From assembly GCA_002396485.1 (NCBI GenBank), contig DGXZ01000030.1, positions 359 through 64,358 on the forward strand: a stretch of 64,000 nucleotides of DNA, in the 5' to 3' direction. Position numbers and translations under genes: made by a program. The DNA is from Spartobacteria bacterium UBA5019 (GTDB taxonomy: Bacteria; Verrucomicrobiota; Verrucomicrobiia; Chthoniobacterales; Terrimicrobiaceae). Below the pieces are notes generated by a model, which saw only the letters and a program-made list of their open reading frames with translations, made no database searches and was not told where the DNA came from. Positions 11,555 through 20,744 of this stretch are shown here, piece by piece. Each line of letters begins with the position of its first letter. The stretch's first letter is position 1.

Positions 11555-12388
11555 ATGATGGCAGGTGACAAATCCGCCTTGCCCGTGCCATCTTCTGCCA
11601 TGCCTTTGCTGGAGGTTCAGAATCTACAAACATTGTTTCCCGTGCTGGGAGGCGTGATGCGCCGCAAGGTCGGAGACATCCGGGCGGTGGATGACGTTTC
11701 GTTCACTATCGAGGCCGGTTGCACGGTCGGCCTGGTCGGTGAGAGCGGCAGCGGAAAAACCACCGTCGGCCGTACGATTCTCAAGCTCATTCCATCCACA
11801 TCTGGCCGCGTGCTCTACAATGGGCGAGACATCCTGCCCCTGCCCGAACGGGAATTTCGATCACTGCGCCGCGAGATGCAGATGATTTTTCAGGATCCCT
11901 TTGGATCGCTGAACCCACGCTTCACGATTGGCGAGATCGTCGGAGAGGCGCTGGAAATCCACTTCCCGAAAATGACCCGTTCCGACCGCGCCTCACGCGT
12001 GGCAGATCTTTTGCGCTTGGTCGGCCTCAAGGCAGATATGATGCGGCGGTATCCGCACGAGTTCAGTGGCGGGCAGCGCCAGCGCATCGGCATCGCCAGG
12101 GCGCTCGCGGTGGAACCCCGCTTCATTGTGTGCGACGAACCGGTGAGCGCGCTGGATGTGAGCGTGCAGGCCCAGATCGTGAATCTGCTGCAGGACCTGC
12201 AGGAGCAGTTCGGTATCGCCTACTTGTTCATCGCACACGACCTCGCCGTGGTGGAACACATCAGCGATCATGTACTCGTCATGCACCATGGAAAAATTGT
12301 GGAGTCTGCCAGCGCTGAAGCGATCTACAACGATCCTCAAAACGAATACACGAAGATTCTTCTCTCGGCTGTGCCGTCCATTGCTTGA
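11555..12388 (+). CDS. ABC transporter ATP-binding protein, OppF/DppF-like
   Basis: Walker [10 protein letters not shown], signature [15 protein letters not shown], Walker [13 protein letters not shown], and the oligopeptide-type C-terminal tail [12 protein letters not shown]. Confidence 0.9.
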   Translation: MMAGDKSALPVPSSAMPLLEVQNLQTLFPVLGGVMRRKVGDIRAVDDVSFTIEAGCTVGLVGESGSGKTTVGRTILKLIPSTSGRVLYNGRDILPLPEREFRSLRREMQMIFQDPFGSLNPRFTIGEIVGEALEIHFPKMTRSDRASRVADLLRLVGLKADMMRRYPHEFSGGQRQRIGIARALAVEPRFIVCDEPVSALDVSVQAQIVNLLQDLQEQFGIAYLFIAHDLAVVEHISDHVLVMHHGKIVESASAEAIYNDPQNEYTKILLSAVPSIA

Positions 12389-13488
12389 TGCATCCTCTGC
12401 TCCGACATTTCCTGCGAATGAACTGGCCGCTCTTCGGCCTGATGATGGGTCTCTTGGCTTACGGGATTTATGCCATCCACAGCGCGACATGGATGCGGGA
12501 TCAGGATTTTGCCAAGTCGCAGCTCATTTGGATCATGATTTGCATGCCGATGTTTTTTATCGTCTCCCTCATTGATTACCGATGGGTGAGGTTCGGCGCC
12601 ATTCCGCTCTACGTGGCCAGCATTCTTGGTCTTGTGGCCACGATGTTCATCGGGGAAAAGCGCTACGGGGCTCGCAGTTGGCTCGATCTCGGTCCCATGA
12701 GTTTCCAGCCTTCGCAGCTTGCGATCATCGCAGGGATTCTGACCCTCAGCCTCTTTCTCTCAAATACACGGGCCATGCCGGCCTTCTTGCGCATCCTCTG
12801 CTGCGGAGCCATCGTCGGCGCACCTTGGTTGATGATTCTCATCCAGCCGGACCTCGGGTCCTGCATCGTGTGGGTACCGGTTCTACTGGCTATGATGTTT
12901 GTTGGGCACATCCCCAAACGCTGGCTGATTCTCATGCTCGTTATTGGGCTGGCGCTCATTCCCCTGGTGGTTCATTTCGGCCTCAAACCTTACCAATACT
13001 CGCGCATCACAACATTTCTCGATCCCGAAGCAGACCCGCTCGGGGATGGATGGAACATCACCCAATCCCTCGTCGCGATCGGTTCCGGCGGATGGGCCGG
13101 AAAAGGCTACAAGTCGCCGAATTCCCTCAACGCCCTCGGCTTTCTGCCGCACACGATCGTTCATAACGATTTCATCTTCTCCGTTATGGGCGAGCAGCAT
13201 GGATTCCTGGGGGCTGTCCTGCTTGTTTCCGCACTGGCACTGCTTTTTCTGATTATGCTGGGTATAGCCATCAATGCGGAGGACGACCTCGGGCGACTGC
13301 TTGCCGTGGGAATAACGATGCTGCTTTTCACTCACACTTTCATGAATCTTGGCATGACCATATCCATTACGCCCATTACTGGACTGCCCCTGCCGCTGGT
13401 CAGCTACGGCGGATCCTTTGTCATGATCACGCTTCTGAGTTTTGCCATCCTTCAAAGCATCTGGATCTACCGCCGCTCTCCGCGATGA
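12388..13488 (+). CDS. rodA: SEDS-family peptidoglycan glycosyltransferase RodA
   Basis: Ten-TM SEDS protein. NDFIFSVMGEQHGFLG and GLPLPLVSYGGS (RodA-like variant). ATG 12388 overlaps the preceding TGA (TGATG). Confidence 0.8.
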   Translation: MHPLLRHFLRMNWPLFGLMMGLLAYGIYAIHSATWMRDQDFAKSQLIWIMICMPMFFIVSLIDYRWVRFGAIPLYVASILGLVATMFIGEKRYGARSWLDLGPMSFQPSQLAIIAGILTLSLFLSNTRAMPAFLRILCCGAIVGAPWLMILIQPDLGSCIVWVPVLLAMMFVGHIPKRWLILMLVIGLALIPLVVHFGLKPYQYSRITTFLDPEADPLGDGWNITQSLVAIGSGGWAGKGYKSPNSLNALGFLPHTIVHNDFIFSVMGEQHGFLGAVLLVSALALLFLIMLGIAINAEDDLGRLLAVGITMLLFTHTFMNLGMTISITPITGLPLPLVSYGGSFVMITLLSFAILQSIWIYRRSPR

Positions 13489-13546
13489 GTGGTCGAGGGA
13501 TTTGATTGTCGCTGGAATGGGAAATGTTTAATTCTGACAACTGAAA

Positions 13547-14521
13547 ATGAAAAAAATACTCGTGACGGGCGGAGCTGGTTACATCGGCAGCATCTGCGTT
13601 GAGGAACTCATCAACCGAGGGTTCGAGGTGTCCGTTTTTGACAACCTCACCGAGGGCCATGCCAAAGCGGTCGATTCCCGAGCGGATTTTTATCAAGGCG
13701 ATCTCGCCGACCGTTCGGTTCTGCAGCATGCCTTTGGCGAGGTGAAACCCGACGCCGTGATGCACTTTGCCGCCAATGCCCTTGTTGGCGAGTCGATGGA
13801 AAATCCATCGAAATATTTTCGCAACAATGTGTCCTCTGGTATCAACCTCCTCGACATGGCGGTGGAATTCGGGGTTAAAAAATTCGTCTTCTCCTCCACT
13901 TGCGCAACATTTGGAATTCCCGAGCGCATGCCGATCGACGAGTCGCTGCCTCAGCATCCGATCAATCCCTACGGAGAGTCGAAGCTCATGTTCGAGACGA
14001 TCCTTCGTTGGTATCGCGAAATCCATAAGCTCTCTTTCGTCGCCCTGCGCTATTTCAATGCGGCCGGCGCATCCGAAAAGTTTGGCGAAGACCATCGCAT
14101 CGAGACGCACCTCATTCCCAACATTCTCAAAGTGGCCCTCGGCCAGCGCGAGTCGGTGGATATTTTCGGCACCGATTACCCAACGCCTGACGGCACCTGC
14201 ATCCGCGACTACATTCATATTCTGGATCTCGCCGAGGCACACATCCTCGCGGTGCAGTCTGAGAAAAGTGATTTCTACAATCTGGGCACAGGTGGAGGAA
14301 CTTCGGTGCGCGAGGTGATTGAAACCTGCAAAAAAATCACCGGTTGCGACATCAAGGCCGTCGAAAAGCCCCGCCGTGCAGGCGACCCGCCCCGTCTCAT
14401 CGCCGCTTCGGAAAAAATCCGCGCCGAACTCGGCTGGACCCCGCGCTTCCAAAACATCGTGCCCATCGTGGAAAGCGCCTGGGCTTGGCATGTCAAACAT
14501 CCGAATGGCTACGGCGACTAA
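13547..14521 (+). CDS. galE: UDP-glucose 4-epimerase
   Basis: VTGGAGYIGS Rossmann motif, YGESK catalytic motif, 324 aa. Confidence 0.9.
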   Translation: MKKILVTGGAGYIGSICVEELINRGFEVSVFDNLTEGHAKAVDSRADFYQGDLADRSVLQHAFGEVKPDAVMHFAANALVGESMENPSKYFRNNVSSGINLLDMAVEFGVKKFVFSSTCATFGIPERMPIDESLPQHPINPYGESKLMFETILRWYREIHKLSFVALRYFNAAGASEKFGEDHRIETHLIPNILKVALGQRESVDIFGTDYPTPDGTCIRDYIHILDLAEAHILAVQSEKSDFYNLGTGGGTSVREVIETCKKITGCDIKAVEKPRRAGDPPRLIAASEKIRAELGWTPRFQNIVPIVESAWAWHVKHPNGYGD

Positions 14522-14569
14522 CTCCGCCCTTGATATCAACGAAGTGGATATTTAGTGTCGCGCCCTCCA

Positions 14570-16873
14570 ATGAGGAAGTTCCTTCTCAGTCTGTGTCTGC
14601 TGGCTGCGCTTACCCCCGTTCGCGCCCAATTCGCCAGTTTCGGCGACTCGCCTGTGGAAATCACAGCGGATGGTAATACGCGCTTCGACCAAGGCGTGGC
14701 CATCGCGGAGGACAATGTCCAGATCCACTACGGGAAATACAGCATCTTCTGCGACTATGCGGAATACAACCCCGACACGCGAGATGTCCTGCTGGTCGGG
14801 AACATCCGCGTTTACACTCCCGATCAGGTGCTCAGCGGCCAGCGCGCCTTGTTCAACCTCGAGAGCAAGCAAATGCGGGCCCTTGAGTTCTCCGGTTCCC
14901 AATATCCCGCGTTTTTCCGGGCCTTCAATTTCCGGGCTATCTCACCCAAGGAATTCCGGATTCGAGACGCCTCTGTGACCACGCACGATTCGTCACAACC
15001 CGATTTCCATGTCCGTCCCCGCTCGATGCGATTCTACCCCGATAGTCGCGTTATCATGACAAATTCCACCCTCTATGTCGGCCAGACGCCGATTTTTTGG
15101 TTTCCTTACATCTACGCGAATCTCGACAGCACGGGTTTCGAGTTCCTTCCCGGCTATGATTCACGCTGGGGCGCTTATTTGCTCTTGGGCTATGGATTTC
15201 CCATTGTGCAGGGAATCAATGGCAAGGTCCGCTTAGAGGAGAGAACTGAGTTTGGACCCTCTGCTGGACTCGACCTCGACATGAACTACGGGCCCTCGAA
15301 TCGCAACTTCGGCAAGCTCCGCAGCGACTATGTTTTCGAGACGAAGGATGTGACTTCCGTCGAGGCCCCCGGCGAGCCGGCGGAAACCAAAACCACGAAC
15401 CGCTACCGCGTCGCCTTCCAGCAACGGCTTTTCCTCGCTGATGATATCTACGGAACCGCTGATATCAACGTGCTCAGCGATGTTGATTTTCTGGAGGACT
15501 TCTACCGTCGGGAATTTGCCACCGACCCGCAACCGGACAATTCCCTCTCGCTGACAAAATGGGATGAAGTTTATACGCTCACGCTCCTGGGCCGCTGGCA
15601 GGTGAACGATTTCCAGGATGTGACTGAACGCAAACCCGAGTTTGTTTTTGATTTCAAGCAGCAGCCCTTCTTCGGCCTCCCTGTCCAGTATGATGGCGAG
15701 ACAGGCGTGGCCTCGCTGCGGCGAGCGTTTTCCAACAACCCGTCTTTCGGAGAAACCGAATTCCCCGACTACTCGGCCACGCGCTTCGATACTTTCCACC
15801 AATGGTCGCTACCCTCGAAGTTGTTTGGATGGCTGAATGTCACGCCGAAGGCTGGTATCCGAGGCACTTACTACAGTCAGAGTGGGTCATTCGTTACGCC
15901 TTCGACCGGCAATACGGCGATTGATCCCATCACGGGCGAAGTCACCACTCTGGACCAAACCGACACCAGCAACCCTCTCAACAATCCCTCTCCAACACTG
16001 GAAACCAAGGGAGGCGTCTTCCGCCCCATCGCCAATTACGGTCTCACGGTTTCCACAAAGTTTTCCCGCGCCTTTGAGCAGGTGCAAAGCCGCTGGCTAG
16101 GCCTGGATGGTTTGCGGCACGTCGTTGAGCCTTTTGTGAACTACTCGGGCGTTTACAATATGGGCGAGAGCCCCGACAATATTTACCAGTTCGACCGCGT
16201 CGTTCAGTCCACCCAGCTCCTGCCGATCGACTTTCCGCAATTCACCGCCATCGACTCGCTCGATACCTGGAATATTACGCGTCTTGGCGTCGGTCAGCGC
16301 CTGCAGACACGGCGCGATAATGCCACCTATCAGTGGTTTTCGCTGAATTCGTTCGTTGATGTGAATTTTGACAATCCTTACTCGGATGCGCCGATCTCGA
16401 ACTTCTTCAATGTCGTTCAATTCAATCCCGTTCCTTGGAGCGCCCTCTCCGTGGCCTCGCAGATTCCGATGGTTACCGAAGGTTTTACCGAAGTGAATAC
16501 CAGCCTGAGCTTCATGCCGGCACGTGATTTCCGCTTCTCGGTTGGCCACCGCTATATCGATGGAAACCCCAACTTCACCGACAACAGCCAAGTCGATTTT
16601 TACGCCTACTGGCGCATCAATGACAACTGGAGCGTAAGCCTGTACGAGCAGTACGAATTCGTCTCTCAGGTCATGCAATACCAACGGTATTTCATCAACC
16701 GCGATCTGACCAGTTGGGTGGCATCCATCGGTGCCGAGGTTCGCGACAACGAGGGTGGGGATCAGGAATTTGGTTTCCTCTTCATGATGACGCTCAAGGA
16801 CGCCCCGCAGATCAGCCTGCCATTTAACATTAGCCCGGGCCCGACGGAACAGCCGGCTGGCGCGGTTGATTAA
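14570..16873 (+). CDS. lptD: LPS-assembly outer-membrane protein LptD (OstA family)
   Basis: Signal peptide MRKFLLSLCLLAALTPVRAQ, an OstA-like N-terminal domain (ITADGNTRFD...IHYGKYSIFCDYAEY), then a long beta-barrel region. The ORF opens at GTG 14555; ATG 14570 is preferred. Confidence 0.75.
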   Translation: MRKFLLSLCLLAALTPVRAQFASFGDSPVEITADGNTRFDQGVAIAEDNVQIHYGKYSIFCDYAEYNPDTRDVLLVGNIRVYTPDQVLSGQRALFNLESKQMRALEFSGSQYPAFFRAFNFRAISPKEFRIRDASVTTHDSSQPDFHVRPRSMRFYPDSRVIMTNSTLYVGQTPIFWFPYIYANLDSTGFEFLPGYDSRWGAYLLLGYGFPIVQGINGKVRLEERTEFGPSAGLDLDMNYGPSNRNFGKLRSDYVFETKDVTSVEAPGEPAETKTTNRYRVAFQQRLFLADDIYGTADINVLSDVDFLEDFYRREFATDPQPDNSLSLTKWDEVYTLTLLGRWQVNDFQDVTERKPEFVFDFKQQPFFGLPVQYDGETGVASLRRAFSNNPSFGETEFPDYSATRFDTFHQWSLPSKLFGWLNVTPKAGIRGTYYSQSGSFVTPSTGNTAIDPITGEVTTLDQTDTSNPLNNPSPTLETKGGVFRPIANYGLTVSTKFSRAFEQVQSRWLGLDGLRHVVEPFVNYSGVYNMGESPDNIYQFDRVVQSTQLLPIDFPQFTAIDSLDTWNITRLGVGQRLQTRRDNATYQWFSLNSFVDVNFDNPYSDAPISNFFNVVQFNPVPWSALSVASQIPMVTEGFTEVNTSLSFMPARDFRFSVGHRYIDGNPNFTDNSQVDFYAYWRINDNWSVSLYEQYEFVSQVMQYQRYFINRDLTSWVASIGAEVRDNEGGDQEFGFLFMMTLKDAPQISLPFNISPGPTEQPAGAVD

Positions 16874-16900
16874 TTTTTACAACAAAACAAACAACAACAC

Positions 16901-18205
16901 ATGAAACTCTGCATTATTGGTTCGGGATACGTCGGATTGGTCTCAGGTGCCTGCTTCGCTGAAGTCGGGCACACGGTCACCTGCGTGGACAACAATGAAA
17001 AAAAAGTCCAACAGTTGCTCGCTGGGAAGGTTCCAATCTATGAGCCTGGCCTTGAGGAGTTGATTCATCGCAATGTGGCTGCAAAGCGTCTCCATTTCAC
17101 CACGAGTACCGAGGAGGGCGTGGATAATTCCGATGTGGTGTTCATCGCCGTTCCCACACCGCCGCAAGCCGATGGCAGCGTCGATCTGTCCTACATCGAG
17201 AAGGTGGCCCGCGAGATTGCCGCAGTCCTCAAGCAGGGCCAATACCGCGTCATCGTGGACAAGAGCACCGTCCCGGTCAAAACGGGCGAGAAGGTCGCCG
17301 ACACGATCCGCCGTTACAATAAAACCGGCGCTGAGTTTGATGTGGTGAGCAATCCCGAGTTCCTGCGCGAGGGCTGCGCCGTGCCCGATCTCATGAAGCC
17401 CGACCGCATCGTTATCGGCGGCAACAGCGAGCGGGCCGTTGCTCTCATGCAGAAAATCTATGAGCCATTCATGGCTCCCGTGCTTGTGACGGATATCAAC
17501 TCCGCCGAGTTGATCAAACATGCCGCGAACTCTTTCCTCGCGCTCAAAATCTCCTACATCAACGCCGTGGCCCGCATTTGCGAAGCCAGCGGAGCGGATG
17601 TCGAAAAAGTTGCCGACGGCATCGGTATGGACCGCCGCATTGGTCGTAATTTCCTGAATGCCGGCATCGGCTATGGTGGATCCTGCTTCCCGAAGGATAT
17701 CGCCGCTTTCATCGCTATCAGTGAAGATCTGGGCGTCCCGTTCACGCTCCTCAAAGAGGTCGAAAAAATCAACTTCAGCCAACGCGAGCGCTTCCTCGAC
17801 AAGATTCGCGAAGCCCTCTGGGTTCTGAAGGATAAAAAAGTCGCTGTCTGGGGACTCACCTTCAAGCCCGACACCGACGATGTGCGCTCCTCTGTGGCGA
17901 TCGATGTCGTCCGCGACCTCGTGTCGGAGGGAGCCGAAGTCACCGTTTACGATCCGAAGGGCACCGAAAAAGCCCTTGAGTTCAAACTCATCGACGGAGC
18001 CCGCGTGGCGAATTCGCCGCTCGAAGCTGCCACGGGAGCCGAGGCACTCATTATCGCCACCGAGTGGAAGGAATTTACTAAAGTCGATCTCTCCGAGCTC
18101 CGCAAGGTCATGCACACGCCGCTTATCTTCGACGGTCGCAATATCCTTGCTCCTGAGACCGTTCGCGCCGCCGGCTTCCGCTACACCAGCATCGGCCGCA
18201 GCTAG
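16901..18205 (+). CDS. ugd: UDP-glucose 6-dehydrogenase
   Basis: IGSGYVGLVSGACFAE NAD-binding motif and catalytic GGSCFPKD, 434 aa. Confidence 0.92.
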   Translation: MKLCIIGSGYVGLVSGACFAEVGHTVTCVDNNEKKVQQLLAGKVPIYEPGLEELIHRNVAAKRLHFTTSTEEGVDNSDVVFIAVPTPPQADGSVDLSYIEKVAREIAAVLKQGQYRVIVDKSTVPVKTGEKVADTIRRYNKTGAEFDVVSNPEFLREGCAVPDLMKPDRIVIGGNSERAVALMQKIYEPFMAPVLVTDINSAELIKHAANSFLALKISYINAVARICEASGADVEKVADGIGMDRRIGRNFLNAGIGYGGSCFPKDIAAFIAISEDLGVPFTLLKEVEKINFSQRERFLDKIREALWVLKDKKVAVWGLTFKPDTDDVRSSVAIDVVRDLVSEGAEVTVYDPKGTEKALEFKLIDGARVANSPLEAATGAEALIIATEWKEFTKVDLSELRKVMHTPLIFDGRNILAPETVRAAGFRYTSIGRS

Positions 18206-18771
18206 AAAGACCCGTCGAGAAATCTTTCCAGCTTGGATCGCAATTCCTCGCGGGCACGAAAAAGCAGGCTTTTCACGGAGGGAACCGTTGTTTGCAAAAC
18301 GGCGGCTATCTCCTCGTAGGCCATCTCTTCGTAACGGCGGAGAATCAGGGCCAAGCGTTGCTGCTCCGGCAATGAGGCGATCGCCGTATCGATGGCGCCC
18401 TGCAATTCCTTCTCCTGAAGCTTGTGTCCAGGTTCCACGGAACCGACATCGTGAATCTCACGCGGTGTTCCATCTTCGTGCTCCATCGGGAGAAGCCGCG
18501 CTCGAATGCGTCGCCGCGTTTCGTTGAAGACCAGATTGCGGGTGATCGTCAGCAACCACGTCGTAAACTTCGCGGTGACAGTGTAACGCGGAGCAGCCTG
18601 CCAGACGCGGATAAAAACCTGCTGCGCCAGATCCTCGGCTGCAGTGGCATCCCCAAGCATCTTGGCAATTGTGCCGATAACCAGCGATTGATGCCTCTCG
18701 ATCAGTTCCTCAAAAGCGCGTTCATCTCCCGCTGCTGTTCGCTGCATGAGTTCGGCATCGTCGGGCGGCAT
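18202..18771 (-). CDS. ECF-type RNA polymerase sigma-70 factor
   Basis: Region 2 (DLAQQVFIRVW, FTTWLLTITRNL) and region 4 (LPEQQRLALILRRYEEMAYEEIA). ATG 18771 overlaps the ispE stop. Confidence 0.88.
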   Translation of the reverse strand: MPPDDAELMQRTAAGDERAFEELIERHQSLVIGTIAKMLGDATAAEDLAQQVFIRVWQAAPRYTVTAKFTTWLLTITRNLVFNETRRRIRARLLPMEHEDGTPREIHDVGSVEPGHKLQEKELQGAIDTAIASLPEQQRLALILRRYEEMAYEEIAAVLQTTVPSVKSLLFRAREELRSKLERFLDGSF

Positions 18772-19610
18772 CACAGAAGGTGTCCGCGTTCTGTGAGCAG
18801 TTGTGCGCGGAAGGTCTGAAAAGTTTCACCGAACTCGCTTCGAATCCACTCTTCGATCCCCTCGGCGGAATCCCGGAGAATAGCAAAAACCGTCGATCCC
18901 GAGCCGGACATCATGGCGGCTGAAACACCCGGATGCGTTCGCAGGGCCGACTTCAGCACGGGCAGGAGGAGGTATTTGGAAAACACAGGGGCCTCGAGGT
19001 CGTTCATCAAAGGAATGGAACCATGAAACTGTTGAAAAGTTGCTGAGGGTTTTTCCGAGTTGGCCCAAGCCTGATAAGCCCACGGGGTGGGAATAGGAAA
19101 AGGCGGCTTCACCAGCAGGATGTCCGCCGAGGTCAGTCCCTCGAAAGGTTCGATGATCTCGCCCCGGCCACGGCACATGGCTGGCTGGCTGCGAATGAAA
19201 AAAGGGATGTCCGATCCCAGCGTTGCCGCAACGCGCTCGAGTTCTTCCGTCGGTATCTTTGTTGCGAGGAGGCGGTCTAGCGCCACAAGCACCGCCGCCG
19301 CATCGCTGCTGCCACCGCCAAGCCCGGCTCCATGGGGGATTTTTTTTTCGATATGGATATCAACGCCGAACTCCAGCCCGCTGTGCTTGGCAAAAGCCGC
19401 AGCTGCGCGGTGGGCGAGGTTTGAGGCGTCGGATGGCACGCTCGGATCGCTGCATGTGAGGCGAATGCTTTGGTCTGTTCGCAGGCTGATCTCCAGCTGA
19501 TCAGCCAGGGTGATCGGCACCATGAGAGTTTCGATCTCGTGGAATCCATCATCGCGTCGCCCCAGCACTCGGAGCGTGAGGTTGACTTTGGCTGGGGCGT
19601 CAATTGTCAT
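18771..19610 (-). CDS. ispE: 4-diphosphocytidyl-2-C-methyl-D-erythritol kinase
   Basis: APAKVNLTLRVLGRRDDGFHEIETL and the GHMP motif GAGLGGGSSDAAA. Start taken at ATG 19610; an alternative ATG lies at 19640. Confidence 0.88.
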   Translation of the reverse strand: MTIDAPAKVNLTLRVLGRRDDGFHEIETLMVPITLADQLEISLRTDQSIRLTCSDPSVPSDASNLAHRAAAAFAKHSGLEFGVDIHIEKKIPHGAGLGGGSSDAAAVLVALDRLLATKIPTEELERVAATLGSDIPFFIRSQPAMCRGRGEIIEPFEGLTSADILLVKPPFPIPTPWAYQAWANSEKPSATFQQFHGSIPLMNDLEAPVFSKYLLLPVLKSALRTHPGVSAAMMSGSGSTVFAILRDSAEGIEEWIRSEFGETFQTFRAQLLTERGHLL

Positions 19611-19630
19611 GCTCTTCGAACTATCCGCGA

Positions 19631-20335
19631 ATGACCGCATCCGCCAAAGAAAAAATCATCGTTGCCGTGGACGCGCCGGACGCATCCTCTGCTGTCCGTC
19701 TTGTCGAACCCCTCGCCGGCGAGGGCTGCCTTTTCAAAATCGGCCTCCAGCTTTTCACAGCCGAAGGCCCCTCGATTGTCTCACGCCTTCAATCCACCGG
19801 CGCGCGGATTTTTCTCGATCTCAAATTTCACGACATTCCCAACACCGCCCGCGAGGCTGTGCATTGCGCCGTTCGCTTGGGGGTGGACATGACAACCATT
19901 CACCTCTGCGGCGGTCCGCAGATGGTTTCCGAGTCGGTTGCGGCGGCAAAAGAATCGAAAACGCTCGTCCTCGGCGTGAGTGTGCTCACCAGCATGGATG
20001 ACGAAGCCCTGCACGCTGTCGGCGTGCCTCGTATCGCAGAGGAGCAGGTTCTCCACCTCGCGGATATGGGTCTGCAATGCGGCCTGCGCGGCATCGTGGC
20101 AAGTCCCCGTGAAATCCGCCCGCTGCGCGAAAAATTCGGTAGCCGCCTCGTCATCGTCACTCCTGGCGTGCGCCCGGCGGGAAGCGATGTCGGTGACCAA
20201 AAGCGCGTCATGACCCCGGGTGATGCCGTGCGTGCTGGAGCGGACTATCTGGTCATCGGACGCCCGATCACCGGCGCTCCATCTCCTCTGGAGTCCCTCC
20301 GTGCTATTGCCGCCGAAATGCAGGCAGCGCTGTGA
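19631..20335 (+). CDS. pyrF: Orotidine 5'-phosphate decarboxylase
   Basis: IIVAVDAP, DLKFHDIPNT, VIGRPIT. ATG at 19631 lies inside the TTG-initiated ORF. Confidence 0.9.
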   Translation: MTASAKEKIIVAVDAPDASSAVRLVEPLAGEGCLFKIGLQLFTAEGPSIVSRLQSTGARIFLDLKFHDIPNTAREAVHCAVRLGVDMTTIHLCGGPQMVSESVAAAKESKTLVLGVSVLTSMDDEALHAVGVPRIAEEQVLHLADMGLQCGLRGIVASPREIRPLREKFGSRLVIVTPGVRPAGSDVGDQKRVMTPGDAVRAGADYLVIGRPITGAPSPLESLRAIAAEMQAAL

Positions 20336-20339
20336 GTGC

Positions 20340-20702
20340 TCAGGGTTGCTTGGAGTGGTTGAAATGAACGCGGTGTAAAATCCGGTGCACAACCGGCGTG
20401 GCGAGAAGGCCGACAGTCACCACCACCACAAGCGTCCCGAAGAGACAGTAAAGGGAGGAGAAAATCTTCAGCGCATTTGAGGAATTGCGTTCAGTGTAGA
20501 GAGGCCCCGCGCCGCTCAGCAACATGCAGCTCTCAAGAAAGGCATCCACCCAGTTGAGTTTGCCAATCAGCATGTAGCCGGCCATTCCCACGCACAGCGC
20601 AAAAAATACCAGCAGCAGGCCCAGCAGAAATTGCTGAAAAACCCGGCCAATAAAAACCCGCTCGGAGGCGAGGGGCTCCGTATGGTGTTCCCAGAACGTC
20701 AT
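20340..20702 (-). CDS. Small two-TM membrane protein with degenerate pore-loop-like segment
   Basis: 120 aa. Two hydrophobic helices flank NWVDAFLESCMLLSGAGPLY, which is laid out like a K-channel pore helix and filter but lacks TVGYG. Confidence 0.4.
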   Translation of the reverse strand: MTFWEHHTEPLASERVFIGRVFQQFLLGLLLVFFALCVGMAGYMLIGKLNWVDAFLESCMLLSGAGPLYTERNSSNALKIFSSLYCLFGTLVVVVTVGLLATPVVHRILHRVHFNHSKQP

Positions 20703-20744
20703 CTCTTTCTGTGGCCCTGTTTCGGCCTCCCGTCAAATGGCGAC

